NCBI GenBank assembly: GCA_963701965.1
Contig: OY969695.1
Coordinates: 2,688,001 to 2,752,000, forward strand
DNA: 64,000 bases
Source of the DNA: an uncultured Gemmatimonadales bacterium
GTDB taxonomy: Bacteria > Gemmatimonadota > Gemmatimonadetes > Gemmatimonadales > Gemmatimonadaceae
Direction: 5' to 3'
Shown here in pieces: positions 1 to 9,286 of the stretch. The notes under the pieces are model-generated. The model was not told the origin of the DNA. It was given only the letters and a program-made list of their open reading frames with translations, and did not search any database. Positions within the stretch are counted from its first letter, which is position 1. Each line of letters begins with the position of its first letter. The position numbers and the translations under genes are program-made.

Positions 1-1056
1 CACCAGGCGACGATAACAATCGTCCTCGTCGCGACCGGTGGCGAACACCGTGCAGATCGGAGCACCGGCGCGGATGACCGAACCCGGGCACGGGATGTCG
101 CGGACGCTAGGATCGCCGAGCCACGACGTCGTGTCGTCCACGGTCACCATGCGCCGCGCATAGACGATGGCCTTCCCAATGGTGCCTCGACGGCGGACAC
201 GCGGCGCTTCGGCCAGCCGTCCCGCGCACGCCGCCACATGGGCCGTGGCGATCGAGATGCCGTAGTGGCGCTCGGCCAGCTCCATCGACGCGCAATACCG
301 CGGATTGACCTCGATGGGAATCGGCACGCCTCGGCGCACGATGAAATCGATGCCGTTGATCCCGACGAGCCCGAACGCGCGCGTCGCGATCCCCGCCAGG
401 ATCACCGCGCGATCGTAGAGCGCGCGGTGCTCACCCGGATGCATCAGGATGTTGCCCGCGTAGCGGAATCCCGACGCCCCGAACGCCGCATCGCCGACTA
501 ACTGGCGGGTCAGCGCCAACGGAGCCGCCGATTCCCCGTCGGCCACAAAGACGATCGAGCCCGGGACACCCGCGATGCGCTCCTGCACCACGCAGCTCCT
601 GGCGATCGGCATGTGCTGTCGCCACGGCACGATCGCGTGCCCGCCACCGGACCGCCGCGGTTTCCGGAGCCATCGCCCCACCGCCGGCGCGCTGGCGCGC
701 ACGGCCGGCGTCGCGATCGCATGCGCCGCGAACGCCCGCCGGAGCGCGAACGGATCGCGCACCCGCGCGGTAACCCCTGGTGGGTTCCCCAGGAGCGCCC
801 GATCTCCCGCGAGCGCGCCGAGCGCCGCCGGGTGATTCTCGAAGTTCGACGTGTAGGCGACGACGTCGGCGGCGACGCCGCGCGCGCGCAGCGCGGCGGC
901 AGACGCCGAGTACCGTCCCGGAAGGGCGTGCACGGTCGCCACGGCGCGGAGATCGAGATCCCCGTATCCATCGATCGCCACCACGCGATACCCCGCCGCG
1001 GCCGCCGACTCGGCGAACGCGCGGACGCTGGCCCCGGCCAGGAGCAGCGTCGCCAT
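1..1056 (-). CDS. ATP-grasp domain protein (COG2232-like, C1/H4MPT cluster); runs off the window edge
   Basis: Not in the ORF track because there is no stop in the window. Translated by hand from ATG 1056, which overlaps the upstream TGA (TGATG): MATLLLAGASVRAFAESA...WLRKPRRSGGG...VQERIAG...GINGIDF...IEVNPRYCASME...GKAIVYAR...PICTVFA; open at the window edge. Confidence 0.85.
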   Translation of the reverse strand, partial: MATLLLAGASVRAFAESAAAAGYRVVAIDGYGDLDLRAVATVHALPGRYSASAAALRARGVAADVVAYTSNFENHPAALGALAGDRALLGNPPGVTARVRDPFALRRAFAAHAIATPAVRASAPAVGRWLRKPRRSGGGHAIVPWRQHMPIARSCVVQERIAGVPGSIVFVADGESAAPLALTRQLVGDAAFGASGFRYAGNILMHPGEHRALYDRAVILAGIATRAFGLVGINGIDFIVRRGVPIPIEVNPRYCASMELAERHYGISIATAHVAACAGRLAEAPRVRRRGTIGKAIVYARRMVTVDDTTSWLGDPSVRDIPCPGSVIRAGAPICTVFATGRDEDDCYRRLV

Positions 1057-2108
1057 CAGGCGATCCCCAGGCGGCGCCGCGCATCACCCGGCGCCACGGC
1101 GTAGAGATGGTCCAGCACCGTTCCCCGCGCCTCGCGCAACCCCAGCGCCTCGACCAGCGGTTGGCGCGGCCCACCGGCGAGACCGTCGGCGATCAACGCC
1201 GCGCCTTGCGCCGCCTGCTTGGCGACGGTGGCGAAACCACCCAGCCGCCGCACGGGGGCGATGTGCCCGAGACGGTCGGCGAACGCGTCGAACACACGGT
1301 CCGAGCGGGCCATGCGCCCCGAGAGCACGATCTCCGCCGGCGCCGGCACGGCCACCATGAGCAGCGCGATCGCTTTGAGACCGCCCTCGAGGAACGCCGC
1401 CCACGACACGTCGGCCTCGGGGATGGCCCCGAGGCCGCCGGCGAACAACATCGCTTTGGTGACCTGTCCCGCCAGGTACGCGACCTCGCCATCCCACGCT
1501 CCGGGCGACTGCTGCCCCGCGGGTCCGGACGATCCCCCCAGCCCGTCGACAATGCGCCCCGCGTCGACAGCGACCGCCGCGGTGAACGCGCCGCCCAGCT
1601 CCAGGAGGATGAGCGAGACGTCGCTCACAGCGCAGTCGCGCCGCCGGCACTGCGCATCGATGGCCAGCGCCGCCGCGCAGACCTTGTCCGCGGTTCCCAT
1701 GTCGACGCGATTGACCTTGCGGTGCGCGGGCACCGAGGCGAGATGCACCACACCGGGCGTGAAAACGACCGGCAGGCCGGAGGACGCCAATGCCCGCACG
1801 AGCGACGTCAGGCCCCCGAGGCCGCCCACCTCGCCCGCCTCGGCGAGCACCGCGAGCCGCAGGTCCTCTTCGGTCAACTCCCACCCTGGCACGAGCGGAA
1901 GCCCGTAGCCCGATGGGCCCGCGATCACGTCGAGCGGCCCGCAGGATCGCAGCATCCGCACCACCTCATCCGGTTCGGCCAACGCGTCGGCCGTCGCCAG
2001 CGTGCGATCGAGAAACACGGCGTCGCCGGCCAGTCCGCAGAGATCGATGCTCACCGTCCCGGGGTCGATGCCGACGACCCGCGGCCCGTTTCGCGCCGCC
2101 TCCGCCAC
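1056..2108 (-). CDS. DUF1464 family protein (ASKHA/butyrate-kinase-like)
   Basis: GIDPGT..SID, GPSGYGLP, NRVDMGTADK, ELGGAFTA, GRIVDGLGG, KQAAQGAA. Start placed at GTG 2108 after a GAGGA SD. Confidence 0.8.
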   Translation of the reverse strand: MAEAARNGPRVVGIDPGTVSIDLCGLAGDAVFLDRTLATADALAEPDEVVRMLRSCGPLDVIAGPSGYGLPLVPGWELTEEDLRLAVLAEAGEVGGLGGLTSLVRALASSGLPVVFTPGVVHLASVPAHRKVNRVDMGTADKVCAAALAIDAQCRRRDCAVSDVSLILLELGGAFTAAVAVDAGRIVDGLGGSSGPAGQQSPGAWDGEVAYLAGQVTKAMLFAGGLGAIPEADVSWAAFLEGGLKAIALLMVAVPAPAEIVLSGRMARSDRVFDAFADRLGHIAPVRRLGGFATVAKQAAQGAALIADGLAGGPRQPLVEALGLREARGTVLDHLYAVAPGDARRRLGIA

Positions 2109-2116
2109 GATGTCCT

Positions 2117-2974
2117 CTAGCCTATCGATTGCGCCAGCTCGTGTATCGCCTCGGCGTCGAGCACCACATCGTTCGACTCGAACAGCCGCGCGATGCACCG
2201 TTTGTGAATTTTCATCTTGAGCCCACCGACGCCGAGCGCGCCAAAGCACACGACGCCGTCGCGCTTGACCCCATCGTCATTGGCATCAATGCCTTCGATG
2301 CCCAGTGGCGGCACGGCGTTGAGATCGACGGCGACGATGAGTCCGCGGTTCGCCCACGCCGCCCGTGGTACCATCTGCACGCCCGCCGGCCCGCAGTTGA
2401 GCAGAATCTGCGCCCCGTCGACAATGCCGGCGGCTTGCGACGGCTCGGCCATCGGCTTGCACGAGACGTGGCCGCCAAACCGGGCGATGATGTTGCGCTG
2501 CGCGCGCTCGCCATCCGGGCCGCGGCGCGATGTGATGACGACATCGGCGCCTTCTTTCGCGAGCAGACCCGCGGCGCGGGCGCCCACCGGGCCCGTGCCC
2601 GCCGTGACCACCGCGCGCTTGCCCCGCACATCGCCGACCGTGCGCACGATTTTCCGAACCGCCGCCACGGCCGTCGTGTTCGAACCGTTCGAGTCCAGCA
2701 TCAACGAGACGCGGAACGGTCCGAACAGCGTTTCCTGCGCGGCCGTCAGGATCGATTCACCGACATTGATATCCTGGCCGCCGATGAACACCGCCGAGTT
2801 CACGAGGTCCTTTGGGCCCCGCGTGAAGATCAGGCCGTAAATGAGATCCCGTGCGTCGGCCGGCACGATACTGCCGTAGCTCATGATCTCATCGGCGCCG
2901 CCGTCGTAACCGACGACGCGGTCAAAGGCGCTCGGCAGCCGGTTGCTGTCGAGCTGCAATAACAGTTTTCGCAT
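2117..2974 (-). CDS. mtdA: NAD(P)-dependent methylene-H4MPT/H4F dehydrogenase (MtdA/MtdC family)
   Basis: KLLLQLD...PSAFD.VVGYDGGAD, FTRG, FGPFRVSLMLDSNGSNTTA, AGTGPVG, NAVPPLGIEGI, FGALGVGGLKMKIH all match MtdA-type enzymes. MtdA versus MtdC needs a tree. Confidence 0.9.
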   Translation of the reverse strand: MRKLLLQLDSNRLPSAFDRVVGYDGGADEIMSYGSIVPADARDLIYGLIFTRGPKDLVNSAVFIGGQDINVGESILTAAQETLFGPFRVSLMLDSNGSNTTAVAAVRKIVRTVGDVRGKRAVVTAGTGPVGARAAGLLAKEGADVVITSRRGPDGERAQRNIIARFGGHVSCKPMAEPSQAAGIVDGAQILLNCGPAGVQMVPRAAWANRGLIVAVDLNAVPPLGIEGIDANDDGVKRDGVVCFGALGVGGLKMKIHKRCIARLFESNDVVLDAEAIHELAQSIG

Positions 2975-3016
2975 GGGCGGCTGGGCTCGTAGCGAGGATA
3001 TCACCAGCAACCCCTA

Positions 3017-3042
3017 GGCCGCCCGCGGCTGTGCGGGCGGCC
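3017..3042. terminator. GC-rich hairpin between fae and mtd (stabiliser or partial terminator)
   Basis: GGCCGCCCGC-ggctgt-GCGGGCGGCC, perfect 10-bp stem, no clear U-tract. Confidence 0.5.
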
Positions 3043-3070
3043 CAGGCTTGGGTCGCTGCTACTCCGAGCC

Positions 3071-3592
3071 CTACTTGCCTGCCGAGTCCGCTCCGCCCGC
3101 GAACGGATGCTTGGCCGTTCGCGCCCCGTTGATCACCGCATCGACCGTCGGCTGCTTCTTGAGGGCTCGCTCGATCGATTCCTTTGTCGCGCGGTAGTTG
3201 TAGTCGAAGATCTTCTTGTCGTCCGCGGCGTCCCAGTGAATGAACACGCCGACGGTGATGACGAGATCATCGACTTGGTTGCGCGGAATCACACCGCTCG
3301 ACACCGAATCGACGACGGCGCGCGCGACGGCGGCCTGAGCCGGACCGAACATCTGCACGGCCTGCTTCGCGCCCTTGATCGTCACCTTGTTGTAAAGGAT
3401 CGTGTCAGGCTTGGCAGGGAGATTTGGCGCGACGACGGCAAGCAACGTGGTGAAGCCGTCCTTGTTGTTCGTGAGCGCTGCCGCGAAGGCGTGCCCTACG
3501 GGGCCCTGCCTGGAACCGATCATGAGATCGATATGCGCGACTTCGTTGCCGTCGCCGACCAGCGATTCACCGAGGAAAAAATCCGCAGCCAT
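3071..3592 (-). CDS. fae: Formaldehyde-activating enzyme
   Basis: [67 protein letters not shown]. Confidence 0.97.
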   Translation of the reverse strand: MAADFFLGESLVGDGNEVAHIDLMIGSRQGPVGHAFAAALTNNKDGFTTLLAVVAPNLPAKPDTILYNKVTIKGAKQAVQMFGPAQAAVARAVVDSVSSGVIPRNQVDDLVITVGVFIHWDAADDKKIFDYNYRATKESIERALKKQPTVDAVINGARTAKHPFAGGADSAGK

Positions 3593-3696
3593 GCTGACCT
3601 CCGAACCAGGTTATGTGGGAGCGGCACGCCGGAGATCCGGTCGCGCGGTCCCTATCCACGCAGTCGTGGGCATAGGGTAGCTCGACGAGGACCAAG

Positions 3697-3726
3697 AGAA
3701 TGGCCAGTGCTACGCGTAAGTGTCAA
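3697..3726 (-). promoter_or_regulatory. Candidate sigma70 promoter of the fae operon
   Basis: TTGACA-N18-CATTCT on the minus strand, about 100 nt upstream of fae. Confidence 0.45.
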
Positions 3727-3783
3727 GGGGGACAATGTGCTCAGAGGCCTGGTGAGGTGCTTCGGTGTCCGTTTCATTTGGTT

Positions 3784-5100
3784 ATGCAGATCCCCATTGA
3801 CACGTTTCGGCTGAGCAACGGGCTCTTCGTGACCCTCTCCGAAGACCACACCGCGCCGATCGTCGCCGTCAATCTCTGGTATCACGTTGGCTCGGCCAAC
3901 GAGCGCGTGGGACGAACGGGATTCGCCCATCTCTTTGAACACATGCTGTTTCAAGGATCGGCGAACGTCGGCGCCAACGAACATTTCGAGCTCATTCAAC
4001 GCGCCGGCGGGACGCTCAACGGTTCGACCTGGCTCGACCGGACGAATTACTACGAGACCGTGCCGTCGAATCAACTCGCGATCGCGCTCTGGCTGGAGGC
4101 GGATCGCATGGGCCGTCTCCTGCCCGCAATGACGCAGCAAAAGCTCGATACCCAGCGCGACGTGGTGAAAAACGAGCGCCGATGGTCGGTCGATAACCAG
4201 CCCTACGGCACGTGGTGGGAACGACTGCCCGCGTTGGCGTTCCCTGCCGATCATCCCTTCCATCATTCATTGATCGGCTCGATGGAAGATCTCTCGGCCG
4301 CCAGCCTCGACGATATCGCCCAGTTCTTCGCGACGTATTACCGGCCGGATAACGCCGTTCTGACGATCGCCGGTGACTTCGACGCCGCGGAGGCCCGCGC
4401 GCTGGTCGATCAGTATTTCGGCCCCATTGCGAAACCGCGCGACCGCAAGCCGCCTCTTCCCGAGATGTCGCTGCCGGCGCGGTTCGACATGCCGCCGCGC
4501 GAGGTCGTCGCCGACGACGTGCGGGTGCCGCGCGTCTATATGGCGGTGCGATCGCCGGCATTCGGGACCGACGGGTACTACGAGGCCAGTGTCACCGCGG
4601 CCGTGCTGGGTCTCAAGAAAGGCAGTCGTCTGCACAAGGCGTTGGTGCGCGACCGGCAAGTGGCGGTCGACGCCAGCGCCTCCACGTTCGATTTGGGCAG
4701 CGGCACGGATCTCTTGATCGTCGATGCGACGGCCCATCCGGGCACGAGCGCCGAGGAGCTGGAACGGGCCGTCGCCAGTGAGATGGACCGCCTGGCGGCC
4801 GAGGGAGCGTCCGTGGAGGAAGTGGAGCGCGCCATCGCGTTGATCGAGACCGACTTCGTCAAGTCGATGCAGTCGGCGGGGGATCGCGCCGACAAGCTGT
4901 CAATGTTCGCGACGTATTTGGGTGACCCGGCGCGCATCAACCAGCATGTCGACCGCTATCGCGCGGTGACGGCCAAGGCGGTCACCGCGTTTGCCCGCGC
5001 GCGCCTCGGCGCGCCGCATCGGGCGACGCTGATCTACGTGCCCCGCAGCACGGTGCCCGTGGACGTTGCGACCCATGATGCCGTGGCGGTCGGCGCATGA
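3784..5100 (+). CDS. M16B (pitrilysin-family) zinc peptidase, catalytic subunit
   Basis: WYHVGS, GFAHLFEH (HxxEH), NGST..DRTNYYE, LEADRM, VVKNERR. Confidence 0.93.
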   Translation: MQIPIDTFRLSNGLFVTLSEDHTAPIVAVNLWYHVGSANERVGRTGFAHLFEHMLFQGSANVGANEHFELIQRAGGTLNGSTWLDRTNYYETVPSNQLAIALWLEADRMGRLLPAMTQQKLDTQRDVVKNERRWSVDNQPYGTWWERLPALAFPADHPFHHSLIGSMEDLSAASLDDIAQFFATYYRPDNAVLTIAGDFDAAEARALVDQYFGPIAKPRDRKPPLPEMSLPARFDMPPREVVADDVRVPRVYMAVRSPAFGTDGYYEASVTAAVLGLKKGSRLHKALVRDRQVAVDASASTFDLGSGTDLLIVDATAHPGTSAEELERAVASEMDRLAAEGASVEEVERAIALIETDFVKSMQSAGDRADKLSMFATYLGDPARINQHVDRYRAVTAKAVTAFARARLGAPHRATLIYVPRSTVPVDVATHDAVAVGA

Positions 5101-6467
5101 CGGCGATCGCCACGCGGCCGACGGCGCTGCCGCCGCGGCCCTATCAATTTCCGCGTTTCGAGACCGGTGTGCTGAGCAACGGCGTGCGGCTGGTGGTCGC
5201 ACCCGTCGCCAAGCTTCCCGTCGCCAGCATCATGGCCGTGATCAATGCCGGCGCCGCAATGGATCCAGCGGGCAAGGAGGGCGTGGCGCTCCTCACCGCG
5301 CGTGCGCTCGTCGAGGGCGCTGGACCGCGCAATGGCGCGGCCCTCATCGCGAGCGCCGAGCGGCTGGGGACGGAGCTGGTGACCAGCGCGGACTGGGACG
5401 CGGCGTTGGTCGAGCTGACGGTGCTGTCCCCCCGGCTCGACGAGGCCCTGAGCCTCGTGGGCGAGATCGTGACGGCGCCGACGTTTCCCGCGCCCGAGTT
5501 TGGGCGGCTCAAAAGCGAGCGGTTGGCCGAGCTGCTGCAACTGCGCGCCGAGCCGCGGGGGTTGGCCGACGAGATGCTCGGACGATTCCTCTACGCCGCC
5601 AATGTCCGTTATGCGCGCCCCGAGGGCGGGTCGGAGTCGTCCGTCGCGGCGCTCACGCGCGAGGACGTCGTCGCGTTCTATCAGGCGCGATATCGCCCGG
5701 CGGCGGTGACACTGGTCGTCGTGGGCGATGTGACCCTCGCCGATGTACAAGGCATGGCCGAGGCGGCGCTCGGCGGCTGGCGGGGCGGAAGCGACCCGGG
5801 CCGCCCGGTGGCGTCGGATCGGCCGGCGCGACTCACGTCCGCGGTCCATATCGTCACCAAGGCCGACGCGCCGCAGTCGGAGCTCCGGGTGGGCCAGATC
5901 GGCGTGCCGCGCACGCACCCGGATTACTTCAAAATCACCGTGATGAACGCGATCCTCGGCGGTCTCTTTTCCTCCCGGATCAATCTGAATCTGCGCGAAG
6001 TGCACGCGTACACCTACGGCGCCCATTCCGGATTCGAGTGGCGGCGCGAGGCCGGTCCGTTTGCCGTCGACACGGCCGTACGGAGCGACATCACGGACAA
6101 GGCGCTCGCTGAGATCCTGGGGGAGATCACCCGGATTCGCACCGAGACGGTGACGGAAGACGAGCTCTCGCTGGCCACCAGTTATCTCGACGGCATTTTC
6201 CCGATTCGATACGAGACGGTGTCCAGCATCGCCGTGGCGCTGGTCAACCTCGTCATCTACGGGCTGCCGCCGGATTTCTACGATCAGTATCGCTCGCGCG
6301 TCAGGGCCGTCAGCACGGCCAATGTGCTGGCGACGGCCCGCACCCATCTCGATCCGTCGCGTCTCCAGATGGTCATTGTTGGCGACCCCGAGACGATCCG
6401 CGTTCCGCTCGAGCGGTTGGCGGTCGGGCCGGTCGCGACCTATGACGACAGCGGGCGTCCGCTGTGA
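5097..6467 (+). CDS. M16B peptidase, non-catalytic partner subunit
   Basis: M16 fold without HxxEH; NAILGGLFSSRINLNLREVHAYTYG (R/Y pair); ATGA-coupled to the upstream gene. Confidence 0.9.
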   Translation: MTAIATRPTALPPRPYQFPRFETGVLSNGVRLVVAPVAKLPVASIMAVINAGAAMDPAGKEGVALLTARALVEGAGPRNGAALIASAERLGTELVTSADWDAALVELTVLSPRLDEALSLVGEIVTAPTFPAPEFGRLKSERLAELLQLRAEPRGLADEMLGRFLYAANVRYARPEGGSESSVAALTREDVVAFYQARYRPAAVTLVVVGDVTLADVQGMAEAALGGWRGGSDPGRPVASDRPARLTSAVHIVTKADAPQSELRVGQIGVPRTHPDYFKITVMNAILGGLFSSRINLNLREVHAYTYGAHSGFEWRREAGPFAVDTAVRSDITDKALAEILGEITRIRTETVTEDELSLATSYLDGIFPIRYETVSSIAVALVNLVIYGLPPDFYDQYRSRVRAVSTANVLATARTHLDPSRLQMVIVGDPETIRVPLERLAVGPVATYDDSGRPL

Positions 6468-7018
6468 CGGGCCGCCCTGGACGCGTCGGCACGCGCCGGG
6501 TGTATACCGGCCGCGTGATCGACCTGGATGTCGATACGGTCCAGTTTCCGGACGGGTCGATCGGCGAGCTCGAGATCATCCGGCATCCCGGTGCCAGCGC
6601 CGTCGTGCCTTTCTTGACCGACCCGTCGGGTGAGGATCCCCAGGTCCTTTTGATCCGGCAGTACCGGTATGCGGCGGACGGGTATGTCTACGAGATCCCG
6701 GCCGGCCGCCTCGAGCCGGGCGAAACACCCGAAGCGTGCGCGGTCCGGGAACTCGAAGAGGAAACCGGGTGTACGGCCGAGCGCGTCGAACCATTGACCA
6801 CCATCTACACGACGCCCGGGTTCACGAACGAGCGCATCCATCTCTTCATGGCGTCCGGATTGGCGAAGGGTGTGGCGAAGCGCGATGTCGACGAGTTTCT
6901 GGAGGTAGCCCCCCGGCCTCTCTCGGAGGCCCTGGGGATGATCGCGGCCGGCGAGATCTCGGACGGGAAGACCATCGTGGCCCTCATGTATGCGGCGGGA
7001 TTCCGCCTTGGGGCCTGA
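6464..7018 (+). CDS. NUDIX hydrolase (ADP-ribose pyrophosphatase-like)
   Basis: Nudix box GRLEPGETPEACAVRELEEETG; IRQYRY; DGKT. Confidence 0.92.
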   Translation: MTGRPGRVGTRRVYTGRVIDLDVDTVQFPDGSIGELEIIRHPGASAVVPFLTDPSGEDPQVLLIRQYRYAADGYVYEIPAGRLEPGETPEACAVRELEEETGCTAERVEPLTTIYTTPGFTNERIHLFMASGLAKGVAKRDVDEFLEVAPRPLSEALGMIAAGEISDGKTIVALMYAAGFRLGA

Positions 7019-7209
7019 ACGGGGACACGACTGTCGCTCAGAGTAGACATTTCGGCAAGGTTTCGGTATTTTCCAGCGAGGTACGATCGGCATAACTCTT
7101 TGTCAGCACAAGCGTTGAAAGGAATTCGCCTCACCGGGGTACCGGGCATGGCGCGTGCGATTCGTTTTTTGTGCTACCGGGTCGCCATTGAGAATGAGCA
7201 GGAGAGAGC

Positions 7210-7824
7210 ATGGCCGAAGTCGCGCTGAAGCGGGTCGCCCCGAAATGGACCACCATGGAGGATTCGACGGTTGTCGCGTCCTTCCTGGCTGGTGATGAGC
7301 GGGCGTTCCAAATACTCGTCGAGCGGTACCAGACGCGCCTGCTCAACTTCGTGTTCCGGACGATCGGTGACCGGGAGAAGGCGGAGGACTTGGTGCAGGA
7401 GGTGTTCATCCGGGTGTACCGGCATTTACACCGGTTCGACCGCGCCAAGAAGTTCTCCACCTGGGTGTACACGATCGCCTCGAATCTGGCGAAGAACGAG
7501 CTGCGCAATCGCTCGCGAAATCCCCTGGTGCTGTTCCAGACGATCCGCCGGAATTGGGAGGACGAGGACCGTCCCCTGCAGTTCGAGGATCCGGCGTCGC
7601 GTCCCGACGATCTGTACCGCAAGCGCCATCTCCGGGAGCTGGTCGAGGCCTCGGTCGCGCGGCTGCCGGAGCATCACCGGCAGGTCTTCATCCTGCGCGA
7701 GCTCGAGGGCAAGTCGTACGAGGAGATCGCCGAGATCACGTCCTGCAACCTCGGCACGGTGAAGTCCCGGCTCAACCGGGCCCGGACGTCGTTCGCCGAC
7801 ATTATCGCGCCGGCACTGCGCTAG
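7210..7824 (+). CDS. ECF RNA polymerase sigma factor (RpoE/SigW-like)
   Basis: AEDLVQEVF, FSTWVYTIASN, LRELEGKSYEEIA, GTVKSRLNRAR. Confidence 0.93.
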   Translation: MAEVALKRVAPKWTTMEDSTVVASFLAGDERAFQILVERYQTRLLNFVFRTIGDREKAEDLVQEVFIRVYRHLHRFDRAKKFSTWVYTIASNLAKNELRNRSRNPLVLFQTIRRNWEDEDRPLQFEDPASRPDDLYRKRHLRELVEASVARLPEHHRQVFILRELEGKSYEEIAEITSCNLGTVKSRLNRARTSFADIIAPALR

Positions 7825-7840
7825 CCCCGCTAAGCAGGGT

Positions 7841-7872
7841 CTAGAGCTCCGCGCAGCGGAGCTCTGTCCAAC
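7841..7872. repeat. REP-like palindromic repeat, copy 1
   Basis: CTAGAGCTCCGC-gca-GCGGAGCTCTgtccaac; related copy at 38468-38497. Confidence 0.55.
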
Positions 7873-7950
7873 TGAGTTGTTCCCGCAGGTGCGGCTCTTA
7901 TGCCCCCTGCGGGAACCCTCAGGGGGGCGCCCGGGTATGTCCCGCCTATC

Positions 7951-8550
7951 ATGGACTGTGGCACGTTCCGCGAAAATCACGCGGCATTCTTCGATAACGC
8001 GCTAGACGAGCGCGCAATGGCCGCCATGCGCGCCCACCGCGCCGAGTGTGCGGCCTGCGCCGCGCACGATACGATCGTACGGCGGGCGTTGTTGCTAGTC
8101 AGAAATCTTCCGACCATTGAGCCGTCGCCGCAATTTGCCGCGCGGCTCGATGCGCGTTTGCGGCAGGTCGCGCATGCCGAGGGCCGGCGCAACGTCGTGG
8201 CCGGTCCGGGGCTGACCTCGTTCGCGACGGCCGCGGCGGCGCTCATCGCGGCCGGCTACATCGTGATGGCGGCGTTGGGTAGTGTGGAGACGGCGCGCGC
8301 GCCGGAGTTGGCGTTGTCACCCGTGGTGGTCACCGCGCCCGTCGACTTGACCGCGCGGCCACTCGACCCGGATTCGGAGCTGTTCCCCGCGAGCCGGCTG
8401 CCGGCGACGCCGACGTCGCCCATGGTGAGCCCCGCGATCGTGGCATCGGTGTCCATGGGCATGCCCGTGTGGCCCGCCGCGCTGCTCGCCGCCCAGGCAC
8501 CCATGCACTTCGCGGCGTCGGAGTTCTCGCTCGTCAGCCTCGGACGATAG
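7951..8550 (+). CDS. Anti-sigma factor, zf-HC2 domain plus TM helix
   Basis: MDC...HRAECAAC (Hx3Cx2C), a central hydrophobic helix, downstream of the ECF sigma. Confidence 0.85.
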   Translation: MDCGTFRENHAAFFDNALDERAMAAMRAHRAECAACAAHDTIVRRALLLVRNLPTIEPSPQFAARLDARLRQVAHAEGRRNVVAGPGLTSFATAAAALIAAGYIVMAALGSVETARAPELALSPVVVTAPVDLTARPLDPDSELFPASRLPATPTSPMVSPAIVASVSMGMPVWPAALLAAQAPMHFAASEFSLVSLGR

Positions 8551-8776
8551 CCCGGACTGGGTCTCGGCCAGTGAGATCGCCGCCTACGCGTACTGTGGGC
8601 GCGCCTACTGGCTGGAACGCGTCCGCAACATAAAGACCGACGACACACGACGCGCCGCCGGCGTGCGGGCCCACGCGGGACACGGTGCCCGGGTGGCGTG
8701 GGCGCGGATACTGTTCCGCCTTGGCGTCGCCGCTCTGCTCGTCCTGATTTTCCTGATCTGGCGGCGCGTGTCGTGA
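8549..8776 (+). CDS. Small Cas4 N-terminal-motif protein with a C-terminal TM helix (start codon missing in this assembly)
   Basis: Open frame SPDWVSASEIAAYAYCGRAYWLERVR...AAGVRAHAGH...ILFRLGVAALLVLIFLIWRRVS*. No ATG/GTG/TTG between the in-frame TGA at 8426 and the motif. One G added to CGATAG (8545-8550) gives an ATGA-coupled start MSPDW. Confidence 0.65.
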   Translation, partial: SPDWVSASEIAAYAYCGRAYWLERVRNIKTDDTRRAAGVRAHAGHGARVAWARILFRLGVAALLVLIFLIWRRVS

Positions 8777-9276
8777 TCGCGCTCGTCGGCGTCGCGGTTC
8801 TCGCTCTCGTGCTCTTCGCGTGCGCATGGGCGGTGGGACGGACCACCGGTGTCCGGGCGCCGGTGGTGACATCCGACGTGAGGGACGAAGGGGGCCCGAC
8901 GTTGCTGGACCCCACGTCGGGATTGCGAGGGCGTCCCGACTACGTGGTGCGCGAGCGCGCCGGGCTGGTGCCCATCGAGGTCAAGCCGCTCCGGCGCGCC
9001 AGCGTCCTCTATGATTCGGATCGGATGCAGTTGGCGGTCTATCTGCTGCTGCTCCGCGCCGTCGAGCCGACCCGCTTCGCGGGGTTCGGCCGCGTGCGCT
9101 ATGCCCGGGCGGCGTTCGTGGTGACGTTGACCGCGGCGCTGGAACGCCAGTGCCTGGAGCTTGCGGGCCGCGTGCGGGCCGCCCGGCACGCGGCCGACGT
9201 GCACCGGACGCACGACGTGCCGGCCAAGTGTCGCGCGTGCGCGGTGCGTGCGGCGTGTGGCGAAGCGTTGGTGTAG
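8773..9276 (+). CDS. Cas4-like PD-(D/E)XK nuclease, C-terminal part, with N-terminal TM helix
   Basis: GTG start overlaps the previous TGA; GRPD...IEVK, QLAVY, C-terminal CRACAVRAAC (CxxC-x5-C). Confidence 0.82.
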   Translation: MIALVGVAVLALVLFACAWAVGRTTGVRAPVVTSDVRDEGGPTLLDPTSGLRGRPDYVVRERAGLVPIEVKPLRRASVLYDSDRMQLAVYLLLLRAVEPTRFAGFGRVRYARAAFVVTLTAALERQCLELAGRVRAARHAADVHRTHDVPAKCRACAVRAACGEALV

Positions 9277-9286
9277 CTTATTGGCC

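Noticed and set aside
8549..9276. CRISPR-Cas locus
   Set aside because: No cas1/cas2 or other cas genes and no repeat-spacer array were seen in the window.
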